Positions 20,675-31,019 of a stretch of DNA of 58,963 nt are shown here, one piece after another. Source of the stretch: a virus. Lineage: Duplodnaviria; Caudoviricetes. Under the pieces are notes generated by a model. That model did not search any database and had not been told where the DNA came from. It saw nothing but the letters and a program-made list of their open reading frames with translations. The position numbers were made by a program, and so were the translations under genes. Each line of letters starts with the position of its first letter. Position 1 is the first letter of the stretch. Location: the IMG/VR virus record IMGVR_UViG_3300025886_000023, positions 1 through 58,963 of that record; one strand, written 5' to 3'.

Positions 20675-20845
20675 ATGGAAGCTGTTTACGAACAGTTTTT
20701 TCTTCTTAAACATCACGGCGGTTGGTCTTTCATTGAGGCCTATAATCTTCCTATTGGATTGCGTAACTGGTTTGTCAAAAGACTAGAAAAACAATTCAAA
20801 GATGAAAAAGAAGCATATGAAAAAGCTTCTAAGAAAAGCAGATAA
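20675..20845 (+). CDS. Small gp51-like hub assembly protein, or frameshift extension of the upstream gene
   Basis: F.L.HH.GWSF.E...LP...R.WF..RL pattern; no SD before the ATG. Confidence 0.6.
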   Translation: MEAVYEQFFLLKHHGGWSFIEAYNLPIGLRNWFVKRLEKQFKDEKEAYEKASKKSR

Positions 20846-20867
20846 TGTCCGCAAGGGCATTTTTTTT
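20844..20867 (+). terminator. Rho-independent terminator
   Basis: AATGTCC-GCAA-GGGCATT + T-tract. Confidence 0.75.
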
Positions 20868-20900
20868 ATCATACTAATTATTGTATAGAGGGATCATCGC

Positions 20901-21248
20901 ATGTATATTAATTTTAATAAAAATCCTAAATTGTTAACTGAGAGTTGGTTGAACAATTTTGGAGAATGGAATAAGTTTTTGCTTGATTATATTTATGGCA
21001 AAGATACCAAAGATGTTTACATGATTAAAGAAGAAGAACAGGTATTGAAGTTTAATGTAAAAGGAACCGTCAAGCAACTTAGAAGTTATGCTGATGCTCT
21101 TTTTTCAGAAAAAGATTACCTTGAAGCTTATGCCCAGTTCGGCAAAGACCATCCGATGACCAACCAGAGACGAGTCATCCTCCAACAAGCAGTAGGACAA
21201 TTTGAACAAACTACTGGTATTACTTGGCCTTTCTCTGACGAGGATTAA
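20901..21248 (+). CDS. Hypothetical late protein
   Basis: Late motif at 20873, SD GAGG. Confidence 0.65.
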   Translation: MYINFNKNPKLLTESWLNNFGEWNKFLLDYIYGKDTKDVYMIKEEEQVLKFNVKGTVKQLRSYADALFSEKDYLEAYAQFGKDHPMTNQRRVILQQAVGQFEQTTGITWPFSDED

Positions 21249-21251
21249 TAA

Positions 21252-23618
21252 GTGGCATCTTATCCTATTAAAAGCAAAGCAGATCTAATTGCGGCTCTTG
21301 CCACATTGGAGGCTAGCGAACTCGAAGCTGCCGGTCTTAGTAAAGAAGGGGGCAAAACCACTTCAAAAGGAGATCCTAATGTATTACGCGCCAAGCGTGA
21401 CCAATTAGCAGCACAGCAAAATATTAATAGCGCTCTTCAAGAACAATATAAGCTAATGATTCGCAATAAGGAGTTAGCTGAGACAGAGGGTGGTTTATTC
21501 CACGAAATTGCTGAAGAAATTTTAGGATCAGTAGGTAATCTAGAGGAAGCCACTGAGAGATTAGCAGCATTTAAACAATTAGCTGAAGCGACTGATGGCG
21601 CTGTGGCCGGAATAGCCTCTAGTCTCGGTGTAGATGCTAAAAATAGTATTAACAAGGGATTAGATGATATAACAGGTGGTTTGGCTAAGCTTACAGACTC
21701 ATTCTTTACCAGTGGACTTGAATTTGAAGCTATGGCCTTTGCGATGGGGTCCTCTCTGCTACAACAAGTAAAACCCGCGATTACCTCCGTAGCTTCTGCT
21801 ATCTTAGAAATGACCAAAGTTGTTGTTCTTGCTTTTGATCAAGCTCAAGCTAAATTGAATGCTACAACCGGAGCAACTTACGCTTTTAACGATGCTCTTT
21901 ATGATTCTCAGAGATCAATGAATATTCTTGGTGTAACATTTGCTGAAACGGGCGAAGCCATGGCCGCCCTTAACAGTTCACTCGGAGGCTTTAATACATT
22001 AAACACAGCCGCCCAAGTGGAATTAATTACAACAACAACCGCTCTTGGCAAATTAGGAGTGAATGCTCAGACTTCAGCCGATTTACTTTCTTTCTTTAAA
22101 ACAAATCTTAAGCTAAGCATCCCAGAAGCCGCAAGGGCCACTAAACAACTTGCTATGCTTGGAAAAGCCATTGGTATTGACCCCGCAAAGATGGCAGCAG
22201 ACTTTACTAAAGCTAATTCTTCTCTTGCCGTATACGGATCAAAAGCTGTTGATGTTTATAAGAATATAGCATCTGCTGCTAAAGCAGCCGAAGTTGGAAC
22301 AGAAGCCTTACTTGGATTAGCAGCCAAATTCGACACATTTGAATCAGCCGCTGATACAACCGCAAAGCTAAATGCGATTATGGGCTCCCAAATGTCTGCT
22401 CTCGAACTGTTAAACCAAACAGAAGACCAGAGAATAGAAACATTAATTAGATCTACGCAAGCTAGCGGCACAGCATTTGCGGATATGGACAGATTTACCC
22501 AAAAAGCTATCGCAGCAGCCGCAGGAATTAGTGACTTAAACGAAGCCCAAAAGATATTTGGCATGAATCTTTCACAGTATAATGATTTCACTAGAAAAGC
22601 ACAACAAAGTGCTGATATTCAACAAGATTTAAATGATGCTTTAAAAGCCGCCATCCCGTTGGCAGAGAAATTTAAAATTATGGCCACGGAGTTTATTATT
22701 GCTTTCCGACCAGCATTTGAGTATTTAACTGCCGCAGCCGATTATCTCATTGATATCTTTCGGGGATTTGATGATTCAACAAAAACAACGATTGCTCTTG
22801 TAACATTTTTGGGCTCTGTCGCACTAGCTACTGTGATTTCTGTTCTAAGTTTGGCCGTAGTTGTTTTTAATCAAATCTCTGCCGCTACTACAAGTCTGGG
22901 GAATTCCTTTTTAGGTGCTGCTGTTAAAGCAAAGGTCTTAGGTACATCTACTACAAATCTGGGGGCATCCTTTGTGGGTGCTGGTGGTGGAGCACAGGTC
23001 TTGAAAACATCTGCTACACAAGCAGGTTTGGGTGTATTGAAATTAGATGCTGCTGGAAAGATAGTCATTCCTACGATGGTTGGTGTTGGTGGAGCAGGTC
23101 AAGCCGCCGGTGCTGGAATCAGTGCTGGAATGACAAAAGCCGCCATAGGTGTAGGTATTGCTGTAGTCGCAATTTTAGCTATCGCAGGAGCCATTGCTCT
23201 AGTCGTTAGTGCTTACGCTGATTTGGCTGCTGCTGAAGCAAAACAAGAAGAAGCCAAAGCAAGACAGATTGAGGGCTATATGAATCTCAATGAATCAATA
23301 TCTCAAATCGAAACCAGTTTAACAAATATAGCAGCCATTGACCTTGCTGCTGGAGTAGGACAAATAGAATTAATTGCCGCAGCCTTGAAGGGCTTTGATG
23401 ATGTAAGTATTGAGACCAAACACACACTTACAAACTTAGCACTAATTAAAACAGGCACAGCATCCGAAGTAATGACGGGAGCCAGAGCAACTGCTAATAA
23501 TATCAATGTAGAAAATCAAGTACAAAATGCGATTAATTTAGATGGTATCAAGGTAGAAATAAGCATCGCCGGACAATCGTTTGAAAATGCTGTTATGCGT
23601 GTCATAAATCAACCATAG
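21252..23618 (+). CDS. Tape measure protein
   Basis: 788 aa, Ala-rich helical, hydrophobic segments in the C-terminal half; after the chaperone genes. Confidence 0.75.
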   Translation: MASYPIKSKADLIAALATLEASELEAAGLSKEGGKTTSKGDPNVLRAKRDQLAAQQNINSALQEQYKLMIRNKELAETEGGLFHEIAEEILGSVGNLEEATERLAAFKQLAEATDGAVAGIASSLGVDAKNSINKGLDDITGGLAKLTDSFFTSGLEFEAMAFAMGSSLLQQVKPAITSVASAILEMTKVVVLAFDQAQAKLNATTGATYAFNDALYDSQRSMNILGVTFAETGEAMAALNSSLGGFNTLNTAAQVELITTTTALGKLGVNAQTSADLLSFFKTNLKLSIPEAARATKQLAMLGKAIGIDPAKMAADFTKANSSLAVYGSKAVDVYKNIASAAKAAEVGTEALLGLAAKFDTFESAADTTAKLNAIMGSQMSALELLNQTEDQRIETLIRSTQASGTAFADMDRFTQKAIAAAAGISDLNEAQKIFGMNLSQYNDFTRKAQQSADIQQDLNDALKAAIPLAEKFKIMATEFIIAFRPAFEYLTAAADYLIDIFRGFDDSTKTTIALVTFLGSVALATVISVLSLAVVVFNQISAATTSLGNSFLGAAVKAKVLGTSTTNLGASFVGAGGGAQVLKTSATQAGLGVLKLDAAGKIVIPTMVGVGGAGQAAGAGISAGMTKAAIGVGIAVVAILAIAGAIALVVSAYADLAAAEAKQEEAKARQIEGYMNLNESISQIETSLTNIAAIDLAAGVGQIELIAAALKGFDDVSIETKHTLTNLALIKTGTASEVMTGARATANNINVENQVQNAINLDGIKVEISIAGQSFENAVMRVINQP

Positions 23619-23629
23619 GAACCCTATAA

Positions 23630-24373
23630 ATGTCATTTCCCAATATACATTTTCAACAAAGCGACACTTCAACCAAATATGCCCAAGATTTAGGAGCATT
23701 ATTAGAGTTTGTCAGCATGATTAATGGGTCTTTACTCCAATTTAAAGCCTATCTCACTAATTTTACACAAGATTTCCAATCAAGTTGGAATGTTGAGCAA
23801 GTTTATGGTCGTCTTGACCCTATACCTACATTTAACTCAACTACAAGAAAAATTCAATTAGGTTGGGATATTCCTGCTTATGATGTAGAAGCAGCTATGA
23901 ACAACTTAAACAAATGTCAATCGCTTATTCAAATGATGTACCCCAGCTATTCAGAATCGGGTATCTTGCGCACTGGTACAGATGATGCTACTCAATCAAA
24001 TTTTACAAAAGCTAATAGTTTATCCAAGCCACCCCTAATAAAATTAAAATTTGCTAATCTTGTAGCGGACACATTTGGCACCGGTGGACAAGCAAGCGCT
24101 GTTGAAGGCGGTCTCTTGGGCTGGGCCGACGGTGTTTCATGGTCTCCAAATCTAGAAGCAGGAATGTTTGTTTATAAATTATCTGGTGCCGGAGAAGCCG
24201 AATACTATCCCAAGCTTATTTCTCTCTCTTTAACCTTCAATGTTTTACATCAAGGTATTCCCGTGCGTAATAATGAATCAGTCACCGAAAGCTTTCCATT
24301 CAATTCTCCGCTTAAAGGCGGAGCGAATCCCAATGTCCCTGCTGGGAATATAGGAGGGGAGAATAATGGATAG
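23630..24373 (+). CDS. Baseplate/tube initiator protein
   Basis: W....YGR.DP..TF..T.R.I.L.W and PPLIKLKF motifs; follows the TMP. Confidence 0.6.
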   Translation: MSFPNIHFQQSDTSTKYAQDLGALLEFVSMINGSLLQFKAYLTNFTQDFQSSWNVEQVYGRLDPIPTFNSTTRKIQLGWDIPAYDVEAAMNNLNKCQSLIQMMYPSYSESGILRTGTDDATQSNFTKANSLSKPPLIKLKFANLVADTFGTGGQASAVEGGLLGWADGVSWSPNLEAGMFVYKLSGAGEAEYYPKLISLSLTFNVLHQGIPVRNNESVTESFPFNSPLKGGANPNVPAGNIGGENNG

Positions 24374-24698
24374 ATATAAAGCACGAAGAAAAGGCGTAAA
24401 CTCCAGTCCTCAATACGACGATCTTTTTCAAAAACGGTCGGTAAAACAAATTGAACAGTATCGCACCGAGACCCTTAAATATCCATCAAATGATGAGATA
24501 AATGATCTTGAATTAACCAAATATTATTGGCAAATGGGAGATACCTTTTATAAAGTCGCAGCAACTTTTTATGGAGATTATACTTATTGGTGGGTTCTCG
24601 CCCAATTTAATAAAATACCCTTTGAGGGCGATTTGAAAGCTGGCGATGCCATCTTTATTCCACGACCCCTCACGCGGGTCATCCAGTTGTTGAGATAA
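24366..24698 (+). CDS. LysM-like baseplate wedge protein (gp53/gpX-like)
   Basis: GDTFYKVAATFYGD..YWWVLAQFN..G..IFIP. Confidence 0.75.
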   Translation: MDRYKARRKGVNSSPQYDDLFQKRSVKQIEQYRTETLKYPSNDEINDLELTKYYWQMGDTFYKVAATFYGDYTYWWVLAQFNKIPFEGDLKAGDAIFIPRPLTRVIQLLR

Positions 24699-24700
24699 AT

Positions 24701-27700
24701 ATGACAAATGAAGAAGGACAAAGATTATTAGAAATAATTGTAAAAGGCGTAGAAGATGGCACATTAAATGTAGTTTATAATGGGCTTCAGTTTCGTAACG
24801 CATTTACAGACGATGCTGCCCTTAGCTTAACAATTAAAACTAAAACCTACGAAGGTTCTTTCCGCGACATTTTAGCTGATATAAGCTTTAATGATCTTGG
24901 CGTCAATGGTTCACCGTTGCCATGGTGGGGAGATTTTTTACTTCAAGTAGGAGCCGGTGCTCTAACATTGGGAATCACTGTTGCCCCGAATCTATTGGGT
25001 TGGGGCATAGACGATGTAGCTTTCGGAACTAACTCACTTTTTGACGATGGTATTACGAGAATTGCTGAATATTATATGACCGCTGCCAAGAATGGCACAC
25101 CGTTAGACCTCGCCGACATCCGAATCATTTTTGCTCTCCAAGAACAATTACGAAGTGTAGAAAACCCATATACGGCTGGTCTATGGGAAGATGATTATTT
25201 TAAACAATTTTTCGAACATGTAAAAGAAAACCCTACGATTATCCCGGCTGGTGGCGTTCTCAGTAGCTTTCAGGAATTCGAAGCTCAAGCAAGCCTTTTA
25301 GCCCGTACTCAATTAGACACCACAATTGAAGTAGATGATATTTATTATGCTTATATCCTGACTAGCTCCGATCCACTTGAGTCCTCTTTTAATATCGTTA
25401 ATCCTTTAGTCGAAATCAATTATTACTTAGTTAACGGAATACTAGGTGACCGAGTATCTAATATAACACTCACTCGGTCAAACTATCAAGCTATGGCAGA
25501 TTTACGGCCAGAAATTGCCGCTTTACAGGAAAAATCAGCCACAGTTAATATAGAAGCAATTAGAGGAGAATTATCCAATCTTTCAGGGTTCGAAGGCGCC
25601 GAAGATGTTGTTCTTAATCAATGGATTGATTATCTACGAGAATCTTTAACTGATGCTAATCCCCAACCTATTCAATCTTTTGAAAAGAATACAATAGAAG
25701 CCGCTAAGATAGTTGAACAATTAGTTGCTAGACAAATTGAAAACGCAAGAAGAAAAGCACTTTGGGAGACACTCGAAGATAAAGACGCAGAAGATGTTGA
25801 TTCTGACTCTGAATGGGGGCAAATACAGGCCGATGCGTTAAACGCATCTCAGATTGCTTTATCAGACTCTGGTCTTATAGGGGCCATTGAACAAGAAAAC
25901 CCTTTAACTGAAGATGAGATTAGAAGAAGACAAAAATTCTATCAACAATGTGTTTTAATGGTGAAGATGGAATCTCTTAAAAAGAATTTTAAACTAGCAA
26001 TTGATAATACCAAACCATTCCATAAAAATGCTGTATATAACGATAGATTTTATATGGTTACTGATGAGAATAACGCATCTTTTATGAACACCATTTTAGC
26101 CTCCAAGGGTAAATCAATCGATGCTTTCTTAAGCACAACACCCGATATTCAAGCTTTCTTAGTTCCAAAGATGAGATTCTTTAAAGTTTATGAACAAGGC
26201 GGTGAACTACGACAAGTTGAATTTGTTTTTCCTGCTCAAAATCTTCCTGACGCACGAACGCAAGAAATGTTTGCTGATGATTCACGACCATGGCGTGGCG
26301 GTGGCTTCGGCATTAAGGATTTTTCTTTCTCCTTTAATGGCACATCCCCAGCAACAGCAAGAAACGATATTACAGCTACATTAAAATTATTCTTTCAAGA
26401 TTTTGAAGACTTTGTTCGTGAATACGATACAAAAGACGACAAAGGTCAACCAACTAAAGTTAGATTTGTAGATATGATTTTGTTTGATACCAGCAAAGCC
26501 TCAGAGCGTGTAGGCATGGGCAGTAATTCTAAACAACAGTATGATGCTTCTTACTATAGAATTCGTGCCGATGTGGGATGGTTCGTGCCAACCACGAATG
26601 ATGCGCAATTCAATGCCGTTTGTGCTTCAAGGCGCATAAATCCCGAAGATATTAAACAATCTCTCCGAGAATCAAATAAATCTTATTATCTTAATATGGT
26701 TGACCACTCGCTAGATTTCAGTGAAAATTCAACTGCCTCTGTTACAATTGAGTATCGAGCTTATATTGAAAGCGCTTTAAAGGGAAACCGTTTCGACGCA
26801 TTGGCTGGACCAGCAATTTTAAAGAATAGAAGAGAACGCGAAGTTACACTCCAAAAAGCTGTTGAAGATAAGTGTACCCAAAAAGAGATTGCTAAACTTA
26901 AAAAGCTTTTTCAAGCTGTGGAAGTTATTGAGCGAAAAGAGACTTATCGTAGAATTTTAACTTCTCTTGAAGATAATAATAAAGTCTATGCTGTTGGTGT
27001 TACAAATGATGGAGGCTTTCGAGCAGATGGCTTTTTTTCGGAAGAACCAACATTAAATCTTAAATTACCCACAGTCACTGCTGTTGACTCAGACCTTCCT
27101 GATCCAGAAGCCGAAGGCGAAGATGAGAGCGAAAAGCTCATACCTACTAAGTTTGTCTCCAATGATCCCTCAAACACAATTCAGTTCTTTTATCTCGGAG
27201 ACCTTATTTATTTAATTTTAGATTCTTTATTTGATGACTCTGTTGAAAGGAAACCACAAAACACTCGCTTTATTTTGCCTTCAATTGATTTTGAGAACTT
27301 CTTTACCCCCGGTCAAACTTTTAAGATTAATCTTGCCCAAATACCAATTTCTGTTAGATATTTTTCTGAATGGTATAATGAATTTGTGTTAAAACCAGAT
27401 AAACTTACTTATCCTATTGTTTATTTTTTAAGAGATTTGCTTAGCAATTTAGTGGTAGACGCATTGGTGGAGATTTGTTTAAATAAAAATTATGATAAAT
27501 CATTTACCTTTACAACCACAAGTGCGCTCAGTTATCAGAATGTTTTTAATAAGGATGGCCCTAAGTCTACATATTCGCAGCCTATTATCGATCTTGTCAA
27601 GAACGCAGGTCTTTTTCCTTTTGTAACAGATCCTGCTGACTTGGGAGCCGACACCAATATAAATGATATCTATAATTATCTTTTGGTGGTTCCACAGTAT

Positions 27701-28558
27701 AATAGTATTAGCAATATTGGAAAAGGCTTATACGGAGATGATATTGAACGCGGAGTTTATCACTTTGAATATGGTACTGATCGAGGTATTCTAAAATCAT
27801 TAAAGTTTTCAAAGACCGACATGCAATACATTCGAGAAGCTCGGTTTTTTCAAACGAACGGACAAGATGGGCTTATGCAACTAGGAGCCGTTTATTCGGT
27901 TGATCTTGAAATGTTTGGAAATAGTTTGTTTTATCCGGGAATGGAGATTTTTATTAATCCTTTTTCACTTGGCGGAGATGAATTTAAACCTACAACTGGT
28001 GGTTCTATCGCTAATAAATTAGGGCTTGGTGGATATCATTTAATTACTAAAGTTAACTCTTCAATTAGTTCTGGTAAATTCACTACTAGTGTTAAAGCAC
28101 TATTTGTATATTCAGGAGATGGAAATTCTCGTATGGGCATATCAGGAGGAAAATTAACTCCCATGGATACTGAAGTATCAGAGTCTGCTCGAACCCCAGC
28201 CGTAATACAAAACTGCTCTTCAATCTATAACACAGAATTCGCCAGCTATCGAGATTTATTAGAAAATGGTATTTATAGTGGTATTGTTGGAGCGGGAACT
28301 AACTCAGTTGAGGAAACCACCGCCCCTCCGGCCCCACCTTCAAACCATACACCAGCATCACCAGCGACAGCAAATAATGCTCCAACTCAACCACCAGAAT
28401 CTACTTCTTCAGGGGCTGGAATCGCTATACCCGGCGCTCCGTCTTCCTTTTCACCAGAGGCCCTGACCGGTGGAGGTTCTAGTGGAGGAACAACATCCTA
28501 TGTGGTCGCCGGAATGAGATATTATACAGATGGCACCCCACCCACACCGGAGAATTAA
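24701..28558 (+). CDS. Large baseplate hub-like protein
   Basis: C-terminal LEMFGNSLFYPG..I.I and G.YHLITKV..SIS.GKFTT pattern of hub proteins; position. Confidence 0.55.
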   Translation: MTNEEGQRLLEIIVKGVEDGTLNVVYNGLQFRNAFTDDAALSLTIKTKTYEGSFRDILADISFNDLGVNGSPLPWWGDFLLQVGAGALTLGITVAPNLLGWGIDDVAFGTNSLFDDGITRIAEYYMTAAKNGTPLDLADIRIIFALQEQLRSVENPYTAGLWEDDYFKQFFEHVKENPTIIPAGGVLSSFQEFEAQASLLARTQLDTTIEVDDIYYAYILTSSDPLESSFNIVNPLVEINYYLVNGILGDRVSNITLTRSNYQAMADLRPEIAALQEKSATVNIEAIRGELSNLSGFEGAEDVVLNQWIDYLRESLTDANPQPIQSFEKNTIEAAKIVEQLVARQIENARRKALWETLEDKDAEDVDSDSEWGQIQADALNASQIALSDSGLIGAIEQENPLTEDEIRRRQKFYQQCVLMVKMESLKKNFKLAIDNTKPFHKNAVYNDRFYMVTDENNASFMNTILASKGKSIDAFLSTTPDIQAFLVPKMRFFKVYEQGGELRQVEFVFPAQNLPDARTQEMFADDSRPWRGGGFGIKDFSFSFNGTSPATARNDITATLKLFFQDFEDFVREYDTKDDKGQPTKVRFVDMILFDTSKASERVGMGSNSKQQYDASYYRIRADVGWFVPTTNDAQFNAVCASRRINPEDIKQSLRESNKSYYLNMVDHSLDFSENSTASVTIEYRAYIESALKGNRFDALAGPAILKNRREREVTLQKAVEDKCTQKEIAKLKKLFQAVEVIERKETYRRILTSLEDNNKVYAVGVTNDGGFRADGFFSEEPTLNLKLPTVTAVDSDLPDPEAEGEDESEKLIPTKFVSNDPSNTIQFFYLGDLIYLILDSLFDDSVERKPQNTRFILPSIDFENFFTPGQTFKINLAQIPISVRYFSEWYNEFVLKPDKLTYPIVYFLRDLLSNLVVDALVEICLNKNYDKSFTFTTTSALSYQNVFNKDGPKSTYSQPIIDLVKNAGLFPFVTDPADLGADTNINDIYNYLLVVPQYNSISNIGKGLYGDDIERGVYHFEYGTDRGILKSLKFSKTDMQYIREARFFQTNGQDGLMQLGAVYSVDLEMFGNSLFYPGMEIFINPFSLGGDEFKPTTGGSIANKLGLGGYHLITKVNSSISSGKFTTSVKALFVYSGDGNSRMGISGGKLTPMDTEVSESARTPAVIQNCSSIYNTEFASYRDLLENGIYSGIVGAGTNSVEETTAPPAPPSNHTPASPATANNAPTQPPESTSSGAGIAIPGAPSSFSPEALTGGGSSGGTTSYVVAGMRYYTDGTPPTPEN

Positions 28559-28560
28559 TA

Positions 28561-29811
28561 ATGGCAAGATTTTTTGGAAAGAACGAAATGCCCGTAACCC
28601 GAAATTTAATTTCGGAGAGGATAAAGTTTTATTTATCTGCTTATAACAAATCACTCGATGGTCTCGATCAAAAGCCCATTGTTGATTTTAATTTCGCTGA
28701 AAATGTATATTATGGCCGAGTAGACCAACGCCTAGATACGATGATGGTTGACCCTCAATTTGTTATTCCAATTAGTACAACCAATAATTATGCTTCGTCG
28801 CCTCAACTAGTAGATTTTGTTGCTGATATGTATTCCGACATGGTTGAAAACTTTACGAATGCCTGTAGGCTTCAAACTATTAATGTCAAAGATCCCTTTT
28901 TAGCAAAATTAAATGCTTATAAGTGGTATCAAGATCCAGAGAAAGATTATAGAAATTATATGAGTTATATAATGAATAATTATATTAACAATTACATAAT
29001 TGGACAAAAGAGAACAAAAGAAATAATGAATGTAAGTGATTTTATTAATCATTTAACTGATTATTCACAACAACTCGGTCCTTATAGCCCCTTTACCTTT
29101 ACCGGCTTTCAATTAAGTCAACAAAGTTCTATTTTTAATACAGGTCTCGCTGTATCGATAAGTGATATCGACATGGATCTTGATGAGTCTAAAGATAATT
29201 TCTTTATTCAAAATGAAGCCTTTCAATATTACTTAAATCTGGCTAAGAACATTGGATTCTCAGTTTCAAAGAATGCGCCATGGCTTTTAGTTGCGGACTT
29301 AGCATCACCAGCCATCCTCCCATACCTTGCCAAATATAATCTTTTTAGCGTTAAAGATGTTTTTAATTTTAGGTTCTCCCCAACTCATAATAGCGATATT
29401 GATAAGTTATTACAAACTATTGTAACTTACTATCGTATTTTTGTCAATAAAAAACCTTATGAAAAGATTATTAAATCATGTAGAACTAAAACATCAGCAG
29501 AGATTAAATATAGAGAATCTATTAATAATAATACAATTAATAATATTAATACTAATGATATATTAAGAGTATATTGTATATTAAGAAATATAGAAGAAAG
29601 AAACATTTTAAATCCCACTGACCTTAACAAACTAATAAGAGACTCCATTAACTATCAGAGAGTTATTTCACTTGGTGAAATAGCAACCTTTATTAATGAA
29701 GCGTTTGTTCAGCTTCGTCCTCTTCAAGATGGAGGGGCCATTTCAACCATTGAGAAACAAAAAATAAAAAAAGATTTGACAAATAGACCAAAGGATGATA
29801 CATTAAGATAG
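28561..29811 (+). CDS. Hypothetical protein
   Basis: 416-aa ORF at the end of the virion module. Confidence 0.65.
   Translation: MARFFGKNEMPVTRNLISERIKFYLSAYNKSLDGLDQKPIVDFNFAENVYYGRVDQRLDTMMVDPQFVIPISTTNNYASSPQLVDFVADMYSDMVENFTNACRLQTINVKDPFLAKLNAYKWYQDPEKDYRNYMSYIMNNYINNYIIGQKRTKEIMNVSDFINHLTDYSQQLGPYSPFTFTGFQLSQQSSIFNTGLAVSISDIDMDLDESKDNFFIQNEAFQYYLNLAKNIGFSVSKNAPWLLVADLASPAILPYLAKYNLFSVKDVFNFRFSPTHNSDIDKLLQTIVTYYRIFVNKKPYEKIIKSCRTKTSAEIKYRESINNNTINNINTNDILRVYCILRNIEERNILNPTDLNKLIRDSINYQRVISLGEIATFINEAFVQLRPLQDGGAISTIEKQKIKKDLTNRPKDDTLR
29776..29804 (+). promoter_or_regulatory. sigma70-type promoter
   Basis: TTGACA-N17-TACATT with TG extension. Confidence 0.65.
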
Positions 29812-29828
29812 AAGCAATTGGAGCATTA

Positions 29829-31019
29829 ATGACATTTCAAACATTGGATGACAAAAGAGACTGTAAAGGAGTTTTTTATAATGGGCAATTCTTTTTTGAT
29901 AAATTGCCTCGTAATTTAGATAGAACATGGTCATGGTCAGAACATTTGGAGGGATATGATGTTGAATTTGCGAACTTATGGTGTGCTAACCAAGATATTA
30001 GAAAGGTTTGTCCTCCTCATCTTCTTGATCGTTATCTTTTTAGGGAGCAACGCCTTCAAGCGCATGTTAAAGCAATTCTTGGGGCGAAGATCAACTTGGA
30101 TGACAATTGTATTTTTGAGCTTGTTCCTCGGCATATTCTTAGGCACTTTTATCAGGTGAAGAATGAAATCACCGATTGGGTGATTGAAAACAAGCCAAAA
30201 CCAAAGAATTATTCCTTTCTTGTTGAGACGCAAGAAACGATAAATGATATAAAACAACATGAACTACAAATCGATTGGGATAATCACAATCTTTTGTTCC
30301 TTCAAGACCCAAAGGCTAAAGCACTCTACCAACGCTTCGCAAAGGTGAAAAGTTTCATCAATTACAACATTTTTGGTACAATAACGGGTCGTTTGACAAC
30401 CTTTCCTGAGTCTTTTCCTATTATGAATCTAAAAACAGAGCATCGAGACATTATTAAGCCAACAAATGATTGGTTTATTGAGTTTGATTTTAATGCTGCT
30501 GAGATTAGAACTCTTTTTTCTCTTGCTGGGATGGATCAACCCCAAGAAGACATTCATGAATTTAATATTCAACAGGTATTCTCTCAGAAACTGAATAGAG
30601 ATAATGCTAAGCGTCGGTTCTTTGCGTGGTTATATAATCCCAATTCACAGGACGAGGAATTAGAAACCTATTATAATCGAACAAAGATACTTGACAAATA
30701 TTATAGAGAGGGTTATATTAATACACCGTTTGGAAGAAAAATAGAAAGTGATGACTTTCACGCTCTAAATTATCTTCTTCAAAGCACTTCATCGGATAAT
30801 TGTATGGATAGAATAAATAAAATACGAAAGCTCTTAAGTGGAAGAGACTCTCATGTTGCTTTTATGTTACATGATTGCGTCGTCATTGACTTTAGTGAAA
30901 AAGATGCTCATCTAGTCTCTAGGATGAAGGAAATATTTGGTGATACTCGCCTCGGCAAGTTTAAAATTAATACAAAAGCGGGAAAAACTTATGGTTCCTT
31001 GGAGAATTTATCATGGTAG
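29829..31019 (+). CDS. polA: Minimal family A DNA polymerase domain
   Basis: TITGRL, motif A FDFNAAEIR, motif B RDNAKRRFFAWLY, TPFGRK, ALNYLLQST, motif C LHD. Confidence 0.75.
   Translation: MTFQTLDDKRDCKGVFYNGQFFFDKLPRNLDRTWSWSEHLEGYDVEFANLWCANQDIRKVCPPHLLDRYLFREQRLQAHVKAILGAKINLDDNCIFELVPRHILRHFYQVKNEITDWVIENKPKPKNYSFLVETQETINDIKQHELQIDWDNHNLLFLQDPKAKALYQRFAKVKSFINYNIFGTITGRLTTFPESFPIMNLKTEHRDIIKPTNDWFIEFDFNAAEIRTLFSLAGMDQPQEDIHEFNIQQVFSQKLNRDNAKRRFFAWLYNPNSQDEELETYYNRTKILDKYYREGYINTPFGRKIESDDFHALNYLLQSTSSDNCMDRINKIRKLLSGRDSHVAFMLHDCVVIDFSEKDAHLVSRMKEIFGDTRLGKFKINTKAGKTYGSLENLSW
30691..30719 (+). promoter_or_regulatory. Intragenic sigma70-type promoter
   Basis: TTGACA-N17-TATATT. Confidence 0.55.

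Larger units (their letters stand above)
491..20880 (+). promoter_or_regulatory. Late promoter motif family (A)CTA(A/T)TTA, dispersed
   Basis: Copies shortly upstream of virion genes at 491, 1145, 3212, 4826, 6245, 9338 (ACTAGTTA), 10013, 10344, 15622, 18583, 20873; also 36299, 36530, 42489, 57986 and GTATTTA variants at 45984, 56097. Confidence 0.7.

Noticed and set aside
29460-29610. Very AT-rich stretch as a replication origin
   Set aside because: Lies in an open Asn/Ile-rich coding frame, with no iterons seen
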